From contig JAKFEY010000059.1 in NCBI GenBank assembly GCA_036675475.1, positions 73,663 through 137,662 of the forward strand: a stretch of DNA of 64,000 bases, read 5' to 3'. This stretch comes from Vicinamibacterales bacterium (lineage in GTDB: Bacteria; Acidobacteriota; Vicinamibacteria; Vicinamibacterales; SCN-69-37). A program made the position numbers and the translations under genes. The notes under the pieces were generated by a model. The model saw only the letters and a program-made list of their open reading frames with translations, had not been told where the DNA came from and did no database searches. Numbering within the stretch: position 1 is the first letter of the stretch; the number at the start of each line of letters is the position of its first letter. Below, in pieces: positions 39,628-48,304 of the stretch.

Positions 39628-40794
39628 ATGCCTCACAAGCCGGCCACCGACGCGATCCACCTGGGGGAGGGCGTCGACCCCAGCGCCAATCCCCTGACGC
39701 TGCCGATTTACGAGACGACCACCTACGTGTTTGAGTCGGCAGCCGACCTGCTGGCCTATCAGCACGGGAAGAACGATCAGTTCATTTACTCGCGCTACAG
39801 CAATCCGACGGTGGTGGGCGTCGAGAAGAAGCTCGCGGCCATCGAAGGCGCCGAGGCCGCGATTCTGCTGTCGTCCGGCATGGCGGCCGTCACCACCGCG
39901 GTGCTGTCGGTCACGCGCGCCGGCGACGAGGTGGTGTGCGGGTCGGCCATCTACGGAGGCACGCTGCACCTGCTGGCCGATCTCCTGACGCGATTCGGCA
40001 TCACCGCGCGGTTCGTGGACCCCGCCGCGCTGAGCGATCCCGCGACGTATTCCGGCAAGACGAAGCTCGCGTGGTTCGAGTCGCCAATCAATCCCACGCT
40101 GCGCTGCGTCGACATCGCGGCCGTCGCCCGCGCCTGCCGCGCGCGCGGCGTGACGTCGGTGATCGACGCGACCTTCGCCACACCCATCAATCAGCGCCCC
40201 CTCGACCTCGGCGTCGACATCGTCATGCACTCGGCCACGAAATACCTGAATGGACACGGCGACATCACGGCGGGCGTGCTGGCGGGGAAGACCGACGCCA
40301 TCAAGGAGTGCGCGTACGCACGCAAGATGCTGGGCACGGTGCTCGATCCCGCGGCGGCGTATGCCGTGGGGCGCGGCTTGAAGTCGCTGTCCGCCCGGAT
40401 GGCTGTGCACAACTCCAACGCCCTGCGGCTGGCAGAGTGGCTCGAGAAGAGCGGCAAGGTGTCGCGCGTGTACTATCCCGGCCTGGCGTCGCATCCCGAT
40501 CACGCGATCGCCTCGAAGCAGATGTCCGGCGGCTTTGGCGGGATGATCTGCATCGATCTCGACGGCGACTACGCGCGCGCGGAACGCTTCTACGATCGCC
40601 TGCAGGTGTTCAAGCGCGCCGCGAGCCTTGGCGGCACCGAGAGCCTGATCTCGCTGCCGGTGCTGACGTCGCAGTGGGGGCACACCGACGAGCAGCTGGC
40701 GGCCGCCGGGGTGACGCGCGGCATGGCGCGCCTCAGCGTCGGCCTCGAGGACTTCGAGGATCTCAAGGCCGACCTCGCATCCGCGCTGTCGTAA
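39628..40794 (+). CDS. Cys/Met-metabolism PLP-dependent enzyme (cystathionine gamma-synthase / beta-lyase / methionine gamma-lyase family)
   Basis: YSRYSNPT, SGMAAV, PLP-lysine context HSATKYLNGHGD, LGGTESL, RLSVGLED. Confidence 0.9.
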   Translation: MPHKPATDAIHLGEGVDPSANPLTLPIYETTTYVFESAADLLAYQHGKNDQFIYSRYSNPTVVGVEKKLAAIEGAEAAILLSSGMAAVTTAVLSVTRAGDEVVCGSAIYGGTLHLLADLLTRFGITARFVDPAALSDPATYSGKTKLAWFESPINPTLRCVDIAAVARACRARGVTSVIDATFATPINQRPLDLGVDIVMHSATKYLNGHGDITAGVLAGKTDAIKECAYARKMLGTVLDPAAAYAVGRGLKSLSARMAVHNSNALRLAEWLEKSGKVSRVYYPGLASHPDHAIASKQMSGGFGGMICIDLDGDYARAERFYDRLQVFKRAASLGGTESLISLPVLTSQWGHTDEQLAAAGVTRGMARLSVGLEDFEDLKADLASALS

Positions 40795-40799
40795 CGCGG

Positions 40800-41789
40800 C
40801 TAGTTCCGATACGTGCAGGACGATGCGCCGTAGCGCGAGCGCCACGTCGACACCAGCGTCGTGAAGTCGGTGGCGCTGGCCTTGCCGGCAGCCTGGAGCG
40901 CCGCGACCGGCGACACCACATCGCGGTCGACCGCGGCGATGCCGCCGGACGCCGTCAGCGACGAGGGCGTGATGTGGTACGACGACGTCAGCATGCACGT
41001 CGAGGCCACAGTGCCGGTGGCGTAGAGCGCGTAGAGCGTCGAGATGCCGTCCACGTCGCTCTTGTAGGCGCCGACGCTTGCGATGTTGCCCGACGTGCTG
41101 TCGGTGAAGAAGTCGCCGCGGCTTGCCGGCCGCCAGACGCCGCTGATGATGGGATCGTTCGTGTGGTTCGGCGTGCCGGCGCCCATCAGGATGTCGCCGC
41201 GCCAGCTGTAGGCCGGATAGCGCTGGCCGCTGACCGCGCTGCGGAAGCGGTCCCACTCCTGGAACTGCGGCAGCGACGGATCCCAGATGTGCCCGCCGAT
41301 CACAGTGCTGCCGCCGACGCCCAGGCGATCGAGCAGGTACGCGACGTCGGTGTAGTTGTAGCCGCCATTTTCGTGCGAGTGCGGATCGATGGCCACGCCC
41401 AGGTGATCGCGCAGATAGCGCAGCACGTTGACCCCGCCGGTGTCGCTCATCACCGCCGCGCTTTCGTATTCCTCAGCCGCGAGCAGGAACTTCCAGTCAG
41501 GCTGCAGCGACCACTTCACGCTGCGGCTGCGCGCCAGTTCCGCCATGTCGATGAGCGCCTCGCGCAAGCGCAGATAGGCCGTGCGGTTGGCGCCTGAAGG
41601 AATCGTGCCCGTCGGCGTGTTGTCTTCGATGTGCGTGAACAGGACGACTTGAATCGGCTGCGGCGTGACGGTGGTGCCGCCCGACGGCGTCGGCGTGGAG
41701 GTGCTGCCGGGCGAGGTCGGCGACGAACTTCCGCCACAGGCGGCCTGCGCGATCGCGGCCGCAACCACCAGGGCTGCGAAGACGGGCAT
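40800..41789 (-). CDS. Hypothetical lipoprotein
   Basis: ATG 41789 gives MPVFAALVVAAAIAQAAC (lipobox-like), followed by a Ser/Thr/Pro linker and a ~290-aa domain. The upstream 380 codons of the 709-aa ORF are antisense to the methyltransferase gene and are rejected. Confidence 0.65.
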   Translation of the reverse strand: MPVFAALVVAAAIAQAACGGSSSPTSPGSTSTPTPSGGTTVTPQPIQVVLFTHIEDNTPTGTIPSGANRTAYLRLREALIDMAELARSRSVKWSLQPDWKFLLAAEEYESAAVMSDTGGVNVLRYLRDHLGVAIDPHSHENGGYNYTDVAYLLDRLGVGGSTVIGGHIWDPSLPQFQEWDRFRSAVSGQRYPAYSWRGDILMGAGTPNHTNDPIISGVWRPASRGDFFTDSTSGNIASVGAYKSDVDGISTLYALYATGTVASTCMLTSSYHITPSSLTASGGIAAVDRDVVSPVAALQAAGKASATDFTTLVSTWRSRYGASSCTYRN

Positions 41790-41813
41790 GGGCGAGAGTT
41801 TACAATCGTTCGC

Positions 41814-42995
41814 GTGAACGACGACGCCGCGCAACGAAGCCGGGAGATCTGGGAGGCCCTGGCCGAGGCCGACCCGCTCTGGGCCGTGCTGTCGATGCCC
41901 GAGAAGAAGGGGCGCCGCTGGAACGCCGGTGACTTCATGAAAGACGGGGAGCGTGAGATCGCCCTGCTCATGGCACAGTTCGCGCAGCTGCGCCTTCCCG
42001 AACCGCAAGGGCCCGTCCTCGACTTCGGCTGCGGCGTTGGCCGGCTGACGCAGGCGCTCGCGCGCCGCTTCGAGTCTGTGACCGGGGCCGACATTTCGGC
42101 CACGATGATTCGGATTGCGGAGCGCCTCAATCAGTATCCGGATCGCGCGCGCTACATCTGCACGGCGGACACCGGCATTGAGACCATGCCGGCGGGCTCC
42201 TTCGGTTTCATCTATTCGAACATCGTCCTGCAGCACATCGCGCCGGATCTCTCGAAGCAGTATGTGTCGCAGTTTCTCCGACTGCTGCGCCCAGGCGGCC
42301 TTGTGGTCTTTCAGCTGCCGTCCCACCGGGAGGCGCCGGAGGACATCGAGATCGTGCCGATGACGGAGGACGCCTACAGCGGCACTGTGATGCTGGCCGG
42401 CCCCGTGCCTGAAGTCGCGCTCGCCGGTGACGAGATTGCCGTGCCCATCCGCGTGCGGAACACCAGCGCCCGGACGTGGAGTCAGCCGGGCGCCGGTCCG
42501 ATGGCAGCCGGCAATCACTGGCTCGACGCAGCGGGCTCCGCGATGCTGCACCAGGATGACGCCCGCGCGCCCCTCCCCCAAGTGCTGCAGGCAGGCGCCG
42601 AAGCTTATCTGGTCATCCGCATGCGCGCGCCGAACGCGCCTGGCAGATATGTGGCGGAGATCGATCTGGTGCACGAAGGCGTGACGTGGTTCGAGCGTAA
42701 GGGCTCGCCAACACTGCGGTTTCCCATCGACGTGCGAAGTGGACGCGAGACCGACCAACGCGATTCGCGCATCGCTCTGCGGGAGCTTCCTGTTCCTCCT
42801 TATCCGGAAGGAGTGCTGCCGCAGCCGGACGATGCACCGGCGAAGGAGCCCGAACCCTTCGAGATGCACGGCATTCCCCACGCCGAGGTGCTGCAGATCA
42901 TCACGCGCGAGGGCGGCACGGTGCTGCACGTCGAGGAAGACCGGCGCGCCGGGGCCGACTGGGTGAGTTATACGTATTTCGTGCGCCGGGGCTGA
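41814..42995 (+). CDS. Class I SAM-dependent methyltransferase with a ~200-aa C-terminal extension
   Basis: Motif I VLDFGCGVGRLT, FIYSNIVLQH, LRPGGLVVF. GTG 41814 is chosen and the start is uncertain. The stop lies in the loop of a GTAG-type REP. Confidence 0.75.
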   Translation: MNDDAAQRSREIWEALAEADPLWAVLSMPEKKGRRWNAGDFMKDGEREIALLMAQFAQLRLPEPQGPVLDFGCGVGRLTQALARRFESVTGADISATMIRIAERLNQYPDRARYICTADTGIETMPAGSFGFIYSNIVLQHIAPDLSKQYVSQFLRLLRPGGLVVFQLPSHREAPEDIEIVPMTEDAYSGTVMLAGPVPEVALAGDEIAVPIRVRNTSARTWSQPGAGPMAAGNHWLDAAGSAMLHQDDARAPLPQVLQAGAEAYLVIRMRAPNAPGRYVAEIDLVHEGVTWFERKGSPTLRFPIDVRSGRETDQRDSRIALRELPVPPYPEGVLPQPDDAPAKEPEPFEMHGIPHAEVLQIITREGGTVLHVEEDRRAGADWVSYTYFVRRG

Positions 42996-43008
42996 CGCCC
43001 CGGCCTAC
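42985..43008 (-). repeat. GTAG-type REP
   Basis: GCCGGGGC TGAC GCCCCGGC CTAC. The loop holds the TGA stop of the + gene (42993-95). CTA (43005-07) is the TAG stop of the convergent DinB-like gene. Confidence 0.8.
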
Positions 43009-43556
43009 CGCGGGACGATGCCCTGCTTGAACGTGCCTTGCGTGTGCTCGGCTGACTTGCCCTTTGGAATGCTGAGCGACGTCCAGTTCGGCCCTGCGAA
43101 GTGCTTCGCGAGAAACACCATCTGGCCCACGTGGTAGGCCACGTGCGTGGCGGCGCGATTCAGCGCCTCGACGACGAGGAAGGGTTCGTTGCGAATCGTG
43201 ACCGTGCGCTCGAGATCCTCGGGGCGCAGCGCTTCGATGGACCCGAGCGCGATCGTCCATCCCTCTTCCCACCAGCGCATCACATCATCGCGCGAGGCCG
43301 CGGCGCCGATTTCGAACTCCGTGTCGCGATGGCGGTCGGGCTTTTCGCCGTCGGTGGTGAGGAAGTCGCGGAACCGCGAGCGCAGGTTGCCGCCGACGTG
43401 CTTGACGATGAGCGCCAGGCTGTTGGCGTCGGGATCGAGCAGGCGATGCAGATCGGCGTCGGAGACCTGCGCGAGCGCCTTCTCGCCCAGGGTCTTGTAG
43501 TTGCGGAACGTGCGGACGATGTCGGCGAGGTGCCGGGTCTGGAAGTCTGCGGTCAT
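43005..43556 (-). CDS. DinB-family (DUF1572-like) four-helix-bundle protein
   Basis: ATG 43556 (MTADFQTRHLADIV...). His positions typical of DinB-like metal sites (IVKHVGGNL, ATHVAYHVGQ). Confidence 0.75.
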   Translation of the reverse strand: MTADFQTRHLADIVRTFRNYKTLGEKALAQVSDADLHRLLDPDANSLALIVKHVGGNLRSRFRDFLTTDGEKPDRHRDTEFEIGAAASRDDVMRWWEEGWTIALGSIEALRPEDLERTVTIRNEPFLVVEALNRAATHVAYHVGQMVFLAKHFAGPNWTSLSIPKGKSAEHTQGTFKQGIVPR

Positions 43557-43567
43557 GAGCGTCCCTC

Positions 43568-43591
43568 GCCGGGGCTGAAGCCCCGGCCTAC
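43568..43591 (-). repeat. GTAG-type REP
   Basis: GCCGGGGC TGAA GCCCCGGC CTAC. CTA (43588-90) is the TAG stop of the DHH gene. It lies 12 nt upstream of the DinB-like start. Confidence 0.8.
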
Positions 43592-44994
43592 ACCTTGACG
43601 ACTTCGTGCAGGAACTCCGCGGCGAGGTCGCCAATCTTGTTGGCGATCTGGATGCCCTCGAGATCGCCGAACTTCGCGCGGAACTTCTCGAGCGGCACCA
43701 CCGCCTTCGCCATCGCGCGGTGGCCGCCCGCGCTGCCGATGTCGTTGAAGTAGCGGCGCACGAACTCGCCCGCGTTCTTCGAGTACCCCAGGTTGCGGAC
43801 GCTGACCGTGAGCGAGCCGTTGACCTCGCCCGAGATGATCGTCCACTTGATGCCTTCCAGCTGCAGGAAGAAATCGGCGGTGTAGGGGATGAAGTCCTCG
43901 CGGATGACCGGCCCCAGATGCGCGCAGAACACCTGGTCGGAGATCGCGCCCTGCGCCGTCGCCTTGATCACGTGATCGAGGCGCTCCATCGTGATTTCTG
44001 CGCCCTCCATCTTGCGAATCATCGCGGCGTCGGCGAGCGGATACAGGAACGAGAAGGCCTCGAGGTCGACGCGGTTGGTCTGCCGCGCGAAGAACAGCGT
44101 GTCGGACTTGATGGCGTACAGCATCGCCGTGGCCGTGCGCTCCGAGATGTTGACGTCCACCGCGCGCAGATGCTCGGTCAGGATCGTCGACGTCGATCCA
44201 TAGTCGGCGCGGATGTCCTTGAACACCGCCGTGTAGCCCGGTTGCTCCGGGTGGTGATCCACCACCAGATCGACGCGCGGCAGCAGGCCGCCGAAGTAGT
44301 GCGGCTGCACATCGACCGTCGCAATCCGATCGAACGTCGCGAACATCGCCGCGGTGATCGGCTCCACCTGAATATCCAGCATCGTCGCCATCCGCTGATT
44401 TTCGGGACGCGTCACGCCCTGGATGGCGCCGATGATGGCCGTCGCCTTGGTGCGGCGCAGTAGATTGCGCAGCGCGAGCCCCGACGCGAGCGCGTCGGGG
44501 TCGGGATCGTTGTGCAGCAGGATGAGCACGCGGTCCGCGTCGGCAAAGTAGCGCTGGTACTGCTGCACCTTCGCGCGGGTGAGGGATCGGCTGAGCTCGG
44601 TCGTGAGGGTGGGCGAGAGCAGCTCGCCAAGGTCGAGGTCGGTGACTTCAGGGAAGGCGGAACAGACGTCCTCGCCCGCCTTCCGGCGTTTGGCGCCGCC
44701 GATGCGCAGGATATAGATGAGCGAGCCGCCGGCGTCGCGCACCGACGACACCACCTTTTTCAGGCTCCTGCGCCCGTCATCCTCGATGAGCACGCACACG
44801 CTGGGCGAGACGTCGGCCTTGACGTAGGTGTCCACGCGCTTGAGGTCGGCGACCGTGACAGGCAGGCCGTCTTCCGCCAGCCGGCGCCCCATGGCGCGGC
44901 TGTCGGTCAGGAAGTCCACCTCGAAGGTCCCCGTCAGAACCTGGTGAAGCGTGCGAATCACCAGCTCGTTCTGGCAGATGGCCAGGGCACGCAC
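43588..44994 (-). CDS. DHH/DHHA1-family phosphoesterase (NrnA-like) with an extra ~150-aa N-terminal domain
   Basis: DHH motif (LVVDHHPE), DHHA1 motif (GSAGGHRAMA), LHNDPDPDALAS. GTG start at 44994. Confidence 0.8.
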   Translation of the reverse strand: MRALAICQNELVIRTLHQVLTGTFEVDFLTDSRAMGRRLAEDGLPVTVADLKRVDTYVKADVSPSVCVLIEDDGRRSLKKVVSSVRDAGGSLIYILRIGGAKRRKAGEDVCSAFPEVTDLDLGELLSPTLTTELSRSLTRAKVQQYQRYFADADRVLILLHNDPDPDALASGLALRNLLRRTKATAIIGAIQGVTRPENQRMATMLDIQVEPITAAMFATFDRIATVDVQPHYFGGLLPRVDLVVDHHPEQPGYTAVFKDIRADYGSTSTILTEHLRAVDVNISERTATAMLYAIKSDTLFFARQTNRVDLEAFSFLYPLADAAMIRKMEGAEITMERLDHVIKATAQGAISDQVFCAHLGPVIREDFIPYTADFFLQLEGIKWTIISGEVNGSLTVSVRNLGYSKNAGEFVRRYFNDIGSAGGHRAMAKAVVPLEKFRAKFGDLEGIQIANKIGDLAAEFLHEVVKV

Positions 44995-45040
44995 TAGAGG
45001 GAGCCTTTCATAGAGGCCAAACCTTCATTATAGTGCGGCT

Positions 45041-45946
45041 GTGAACGTGGCAACGCCGGCGGCATTTCTGGCGGTTTTCCTGTCGGTGGTCCTGGCCGGC
45101 GCCGGCCAGTTTCGCTCGGGCGTGGACCTGGTCAGCTTCGTGGTGGTGGCCACCGACAAGCAAGGCCTCGTGACGACCCTCACGAAGGAGGACTTCACGA
45201 TTTTCGAGGAGGGCAAGCCGCAGACGATCCAGTATTTCGCGCAGGGAGACGTCACCGACCGGCTCCCGCTGCGGCTGGGCCTGCTGTTCGACGTGAGCGG
45301 CAGCATGGGGCTCGACATCGAGATGTCGCGCTCGGCGGCCATCAAGTTCATGAACGCGGTCGAGCACGCGAAAGACGTCACGCTCGTCGACTTCGACACC
45401 GAGGTGCGGCTCGCGCGCTACGGCCCCGACGACTTCCCGCGCCTCATCGAGCGCATCCGCAGCAAGAAGCCCGACGGCTGGACCGCGCTCTACGACGCCA
45501 TCGGCGTCTACCTGAACGGCATGGCGATGGAGGAAGGGCAGAAGGTGCTCGTGCTCTACACCGACGGCGGTGACACGCGCAGCCGCATGTCCATCTCGCA
45601 GATCATCGACATGCTGCAGTGGATCGACGTCACGGTGTACGCCATCGGCTTCATCGAGCACCAGGGCAGCGCCCGCATCGAGCAGCGCCTGCGCCTGGAA
45701 CAGATCGCCAACGCCACCGGCGGCGCCGCGTACTTCCCGATGTCGAAGGAGCAGGTCGCCGAGTTCTACGACAAGATTCTCGCCGAGCTCGACGGCCGCT
45801 ACACCCTCGGCTACATCTCGAACAGCACCGCGAAACCCGGCTATCGCGAGGTCGAGATCAAGGTCACCAACCCCGCCTACAAGAACATCAAGATCCGCAC
45901 CCGCAACGGGTATTACGCCGCGGGAAAATCGGCGCCGTCCAGGTAG
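45041..45946 (+). CDS. Secreted VWA-domain protein (acidobacterial VWFA-related type)
   Basis: Signal-like N-terminus, MIDAS DVSGSM, LYTDGGDT. The C-terminal beta-rich tail (YREVEIKV...IRTRNGYY) is typical of this family as I recall it. Confidence 0.8.
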   Translation: MNVATPAAFLAVFLSVVLAGAGQFRSGVDLVSFVVVATDKQGLVTTLTKEDFTIFEEGKPQTIQYFAQGDVTDRLPLRLGLLFDVSGSMGLDIEMSRSAAIKFMNAVEHAKDVTLVDFDTEVRLARYGPDDFPRLIERIRSKKPDGWTALYDAIGVYLNGMAMEEGQKVLVLYTDGGDTRSRMSISQIIDMLQWIDVTVYAIGFIEHQGSARIEQRLRLEQIANATGGAAYFPMSKEQVAEFYDKILAELDGRYTLGYISNSTAKPGYREVEIKVTNPAYKNIKIRTRNGYYAAGKSAPSR

Positions 45947-45977
45947 CGCACCGCTCGCGATCGCGTTACTGATGCTC

Positions 45978-46097
45978 GGGGCTTGGTCCGGCATTCCTCA
46001 GCGCCGCCGAGGCGAGTCGAACCCGGCGCTTGCCAGAGCCGCCGGTTTCTCCGACGTCTTTTTAACGGCGTCGCTTCGGAACACCGGACACCGCCCC
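45978..46097 (-). repeat. Palindromic ~120-nt element, copy B (reverse orientation)
   Basis: The reverse complement reads GGGGCGGTGTCCGGTGTTCCGAAGCGACGCCGTTAAAAAGACGTCGGAG...GACTCGCCTCGGCGGCGCTGAGGAATGCCGGAC. Same core and arms as copies A and C, with a different central ~30 nt. Confidence 0.8.
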
Positions 46098-46168
46098 TGC
46101 GCCTGGCCGTCCCCGGCGTGGGGCGCGCCCGTGCAACGCCAGGTCAGGTGGTTTTCCGTTTGGCGCAG

Positions 46169-47647
46169 CTACTCCGACCGTAGCGCTGTCGTTGGATCGG
46201 TGGCCATGGCTCGCCGGGCCGGCATCCATGCGGCAGCCAAGGCCGCCATCATCAACAGCGCGCAGACGGCCGTCACCGTCATGGGATCCCGCGCGGTTAC
46301 TTCGAACACCCGCGATTCGAGAAAGCGGGAGCTCCACGCATAGAGTGCAAGGCCCGCACCGAGGCCGATGCCCGTCGTGACAGCCGCTCGGCTCAGCACG
46401 CCGGCGCTGATCGAAGACCGTGGTGCTCCCAGCGCCATTTCGACCAGCAGCTCGCGCAGCAGTCGCCAGCGGGAGGCGCCAATCGCGCTCCGTACGGCGA
46501 GCGAGGGCAGCCGGCGCACGTTGCGACCGAGCATCAGATTCGCGGCATTCGCGCACGCGAGGAGCAACAGGAGGGCGACTGCCGACAGCAGCAGCCAGTA
46601 CACCCGCAGGAGCCGCCCCTGCGTCTGGCCGATGCCGTCCGTGATCCCACTGAAGACGGTGGGCCCGAACCGCTCCGTGCGGCCGGGCATGTCACCGACG
46701 CCCTCGTACACGGCGTCTGCCTGCGCTTGTACCTGCTCCGTCGTCGCCCCGGGCCTCAGCTTCCCGACCAACCGAAAATGCCAGGGATAGTCGGGACGAG
46801 CGCTGACGACGCGACCGATCCGATCCCGCACGGCGAAAGGTATCCAGACGTCTTCGTGCAGAAACCGATCGAGCCCTCGGTAGTCGTCAACGACGCCGAT
46901 CACCTCGAACGGCTGACCGGCGATCGAGATGATGTGACCGACGGGCGAATCGAGGCCGGCGAGCTCGGTCTTCCAGAAACGCTCGCTGATCACTGCCACC
47001 TGCCGTGCCGACCGCTCATACTCGTCATGCGCGAACATCCGGCCGCGGATCGCAGTCACACCGAGCAGCTCGAAGTATCCGAGCGTGACGATCGTGACGC
47101 GCCTCATTTCGGCCGGACTGTCGGCGCGGGCTCGCAGAGGGAACTCTGTCGCGCTGTGAGAGGCCAGCCCTTCCAGACCGTTCACGTTCTCCCGCAGGGC
47201 GACCAAGTGCCCGTGCGACACGGCAGCCCGGTCAGGTATCGCGCGATCCGGCTGAAAGTACACGCTGAGGAACGCCCCCCCGTCGTCGACACCGGGCACC
47301 GGACTGAAGAGCGCGACGTTGAAGACGGCGTGCGTGGCCGTCGCGGCGCCGATTCCAAGCGCGAGTGTGCCGACGATCGCCGCTGTCGCCCGGCGATCGC
47401 GGCCGAGGGCGCGCAGGCTCATCCTCAAGTCGAATGCCATGGCGGATCTCCTGTTGATCTCACGCCCGCGCCGCTCGACTAGCGCCCCCCGAACCCGCAG
47501 CACGATGCCAATGCTGGCCGCATGCCAGATACGCCAGGCGGGTCCGGCCTTGCGATACGCTGCCTCCTCGGCCAGATCGCGCGCCACCGAATCGCGCCAG
47601 CGGGCAGGGACGAGCAAGAGGACCGCGCGCATCAGTGCATGCAGCAT
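46169..47647 (-). CDS. MacB/FtsX-type ABC permease, single module with N-terminal permease-prefix segment (half-size ADOP relative)
   Basis: ATG 47647 (MLHALMRAVLLLVPARWRDS...), 11 nt after the padR stop. One periplasmic core domain, LACANAANLML TM, C-terminal ...MPARRAMATDPTTALRSE like the ADOP C-terminus. Confidence 0.75.
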   Translation of the reverse strand: MLHALMRAVLLLVPARWRDSVARDLAEEAAYRKAGPAWRIWHAASIGIVLRVRGALVERRGREINRRSAMAFDLRMSLRALGRDRRATAAIVGTLALGIGAATATHAVFNVALFSPVPGVDDGGAFLSVYFQPDRAIPDRAAVSHGHLVALRENVNGLEGLASHSATEFPLRARADSPAEMRRVTIVTLGYFELLGVTAIRGRMFAHDEYERSARQVAVISERFWKTELAGLDSPVGHIISIAGQPFEVIGVVDDYRGLDRFLHEDVWIPFAVRDRIGRVVSARPDYPWHFRLVGKLRPGATTEQVQAQADAVYEGVGDMPGRTERFGPTVFSGITDGIGQTQGRLLRVYWLLLSAVALLLLLACANAANLMLGRNVRRLPSLAVRSAIGASRWRLLRELLVEMALGAPRSSISAGVLSRAAVTTGIGLGAGLALYAWSSRFLESRVFEVTARDPMTVTAVCALLMMAALAAAWMPARRAMATDPTTALRSE

Positions 47648-47658
47648 GGGCGTCGCCG

Positions 47659-47991
47659 CTATCTCGGTCGCTCGAGCGCCGTTCCGACAGCGAGCCGGTC
47701 GATCGCGCGCCTGCTTGCGCGCAGGGCCGACACCCCGTCGGGGCAGACGCGAAACAGCCGTCTCGCCTTGCCGCCGCGCTCGGCCGTCGGCTCCGAGAAC
47801 CATGATTCGACAAGCCCTTTGGTTTCGAGACGTTCGAGGGCGATGTAGATCGACCCGCGCGACAGGTTGATGCCAGCGCTCGTGGCCACGATGTCGCGGA
47901 TCGGCACGGCATAGGCCTCGTCGCCAAGCCGCAGGGCAGCCAGCAGGACGAGTTGTTCGACTTCAGTGAGACGCAGGGGGTCGGCCGGCAT
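47659..47991 (-). CDS. PadR-family transcriptional regulator
   Basis: 110 aa. Winged-helix pattern LVLLAALRLGDEAYAVPIRDIV...GSIYIALERLETKGLVES. This is the usual PadR-then-permease gene order. Confidence 0.85.
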   Translation of the reverse strand: MPADPLRLTEVEQLVLLAALRLGDEAYAVPIRDIVATSAGINLSRGSIYIALERLETKGLVESWFSEPTAERGGKARRLFRVCPDGVSALRASRRAIDRLAVGTALERPR

Positions 47992-48073
47992 ATTGCTCTA
48001 ATATTTAGCATTTCACTGTCGGGCGCGCAATAGGCCTGCAGGCCTCGATTCGAGAGTAGCGACTCGATCAGGC

Positions 48074-48183
48074 GGAGGGGCGGTGGCCGGTGTTCCTCGG
48101 CGACGCCGTTAAAAAGACGTCGGAGAGACCGCTCTTTGGCTCGACTCGCCTCGGCGGCGCTGAGGAATACCGGACACCGCTCC
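48074..48183 (+). repeat. Palindromic ~110-nt element, copy C
   Basis: GGAGGGGCGGTGGCCGGTGTTCCTCGGCGACGCCGTTAAAAAGACGTCGGAGAGACCGCTCTTTGGCTCGACTCGCCTCGGCGGCGCTGAGGAATACCGGACACCGCTCC. Near-identical core to copy A. Confidence 0.8.
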
Positions 48184-48304
48184 GAAGCGCCAGTCAGGCC
48201 GACTCCGATGCGTCGGAAGGTGTTACGATCGAGGATCAACCTGCGGCCGTTGGGGCCCGCAGTAAGCCGCGTTCGCGCATACGCGCTCCGGCGCCCAAGC
48301 ATCC

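Noticed and set aside
41790-42929. N-terminal 380 codons of the 709-aa minus-strand ORF
   Set aside because: It is antisense to the methyltransferase gene. The real product starts at the lipoprotein signal peptide (ATG 41789).
47992-48304. SOS (LexA) box upstream of uvrB
   Set aside because: By eye I find neither GTTC-N7-GTTC nor CTGT-N8-ACAG. The region is mostly occupied by copy C of the palindromic element. A proper motif scan could still find a divergent box.
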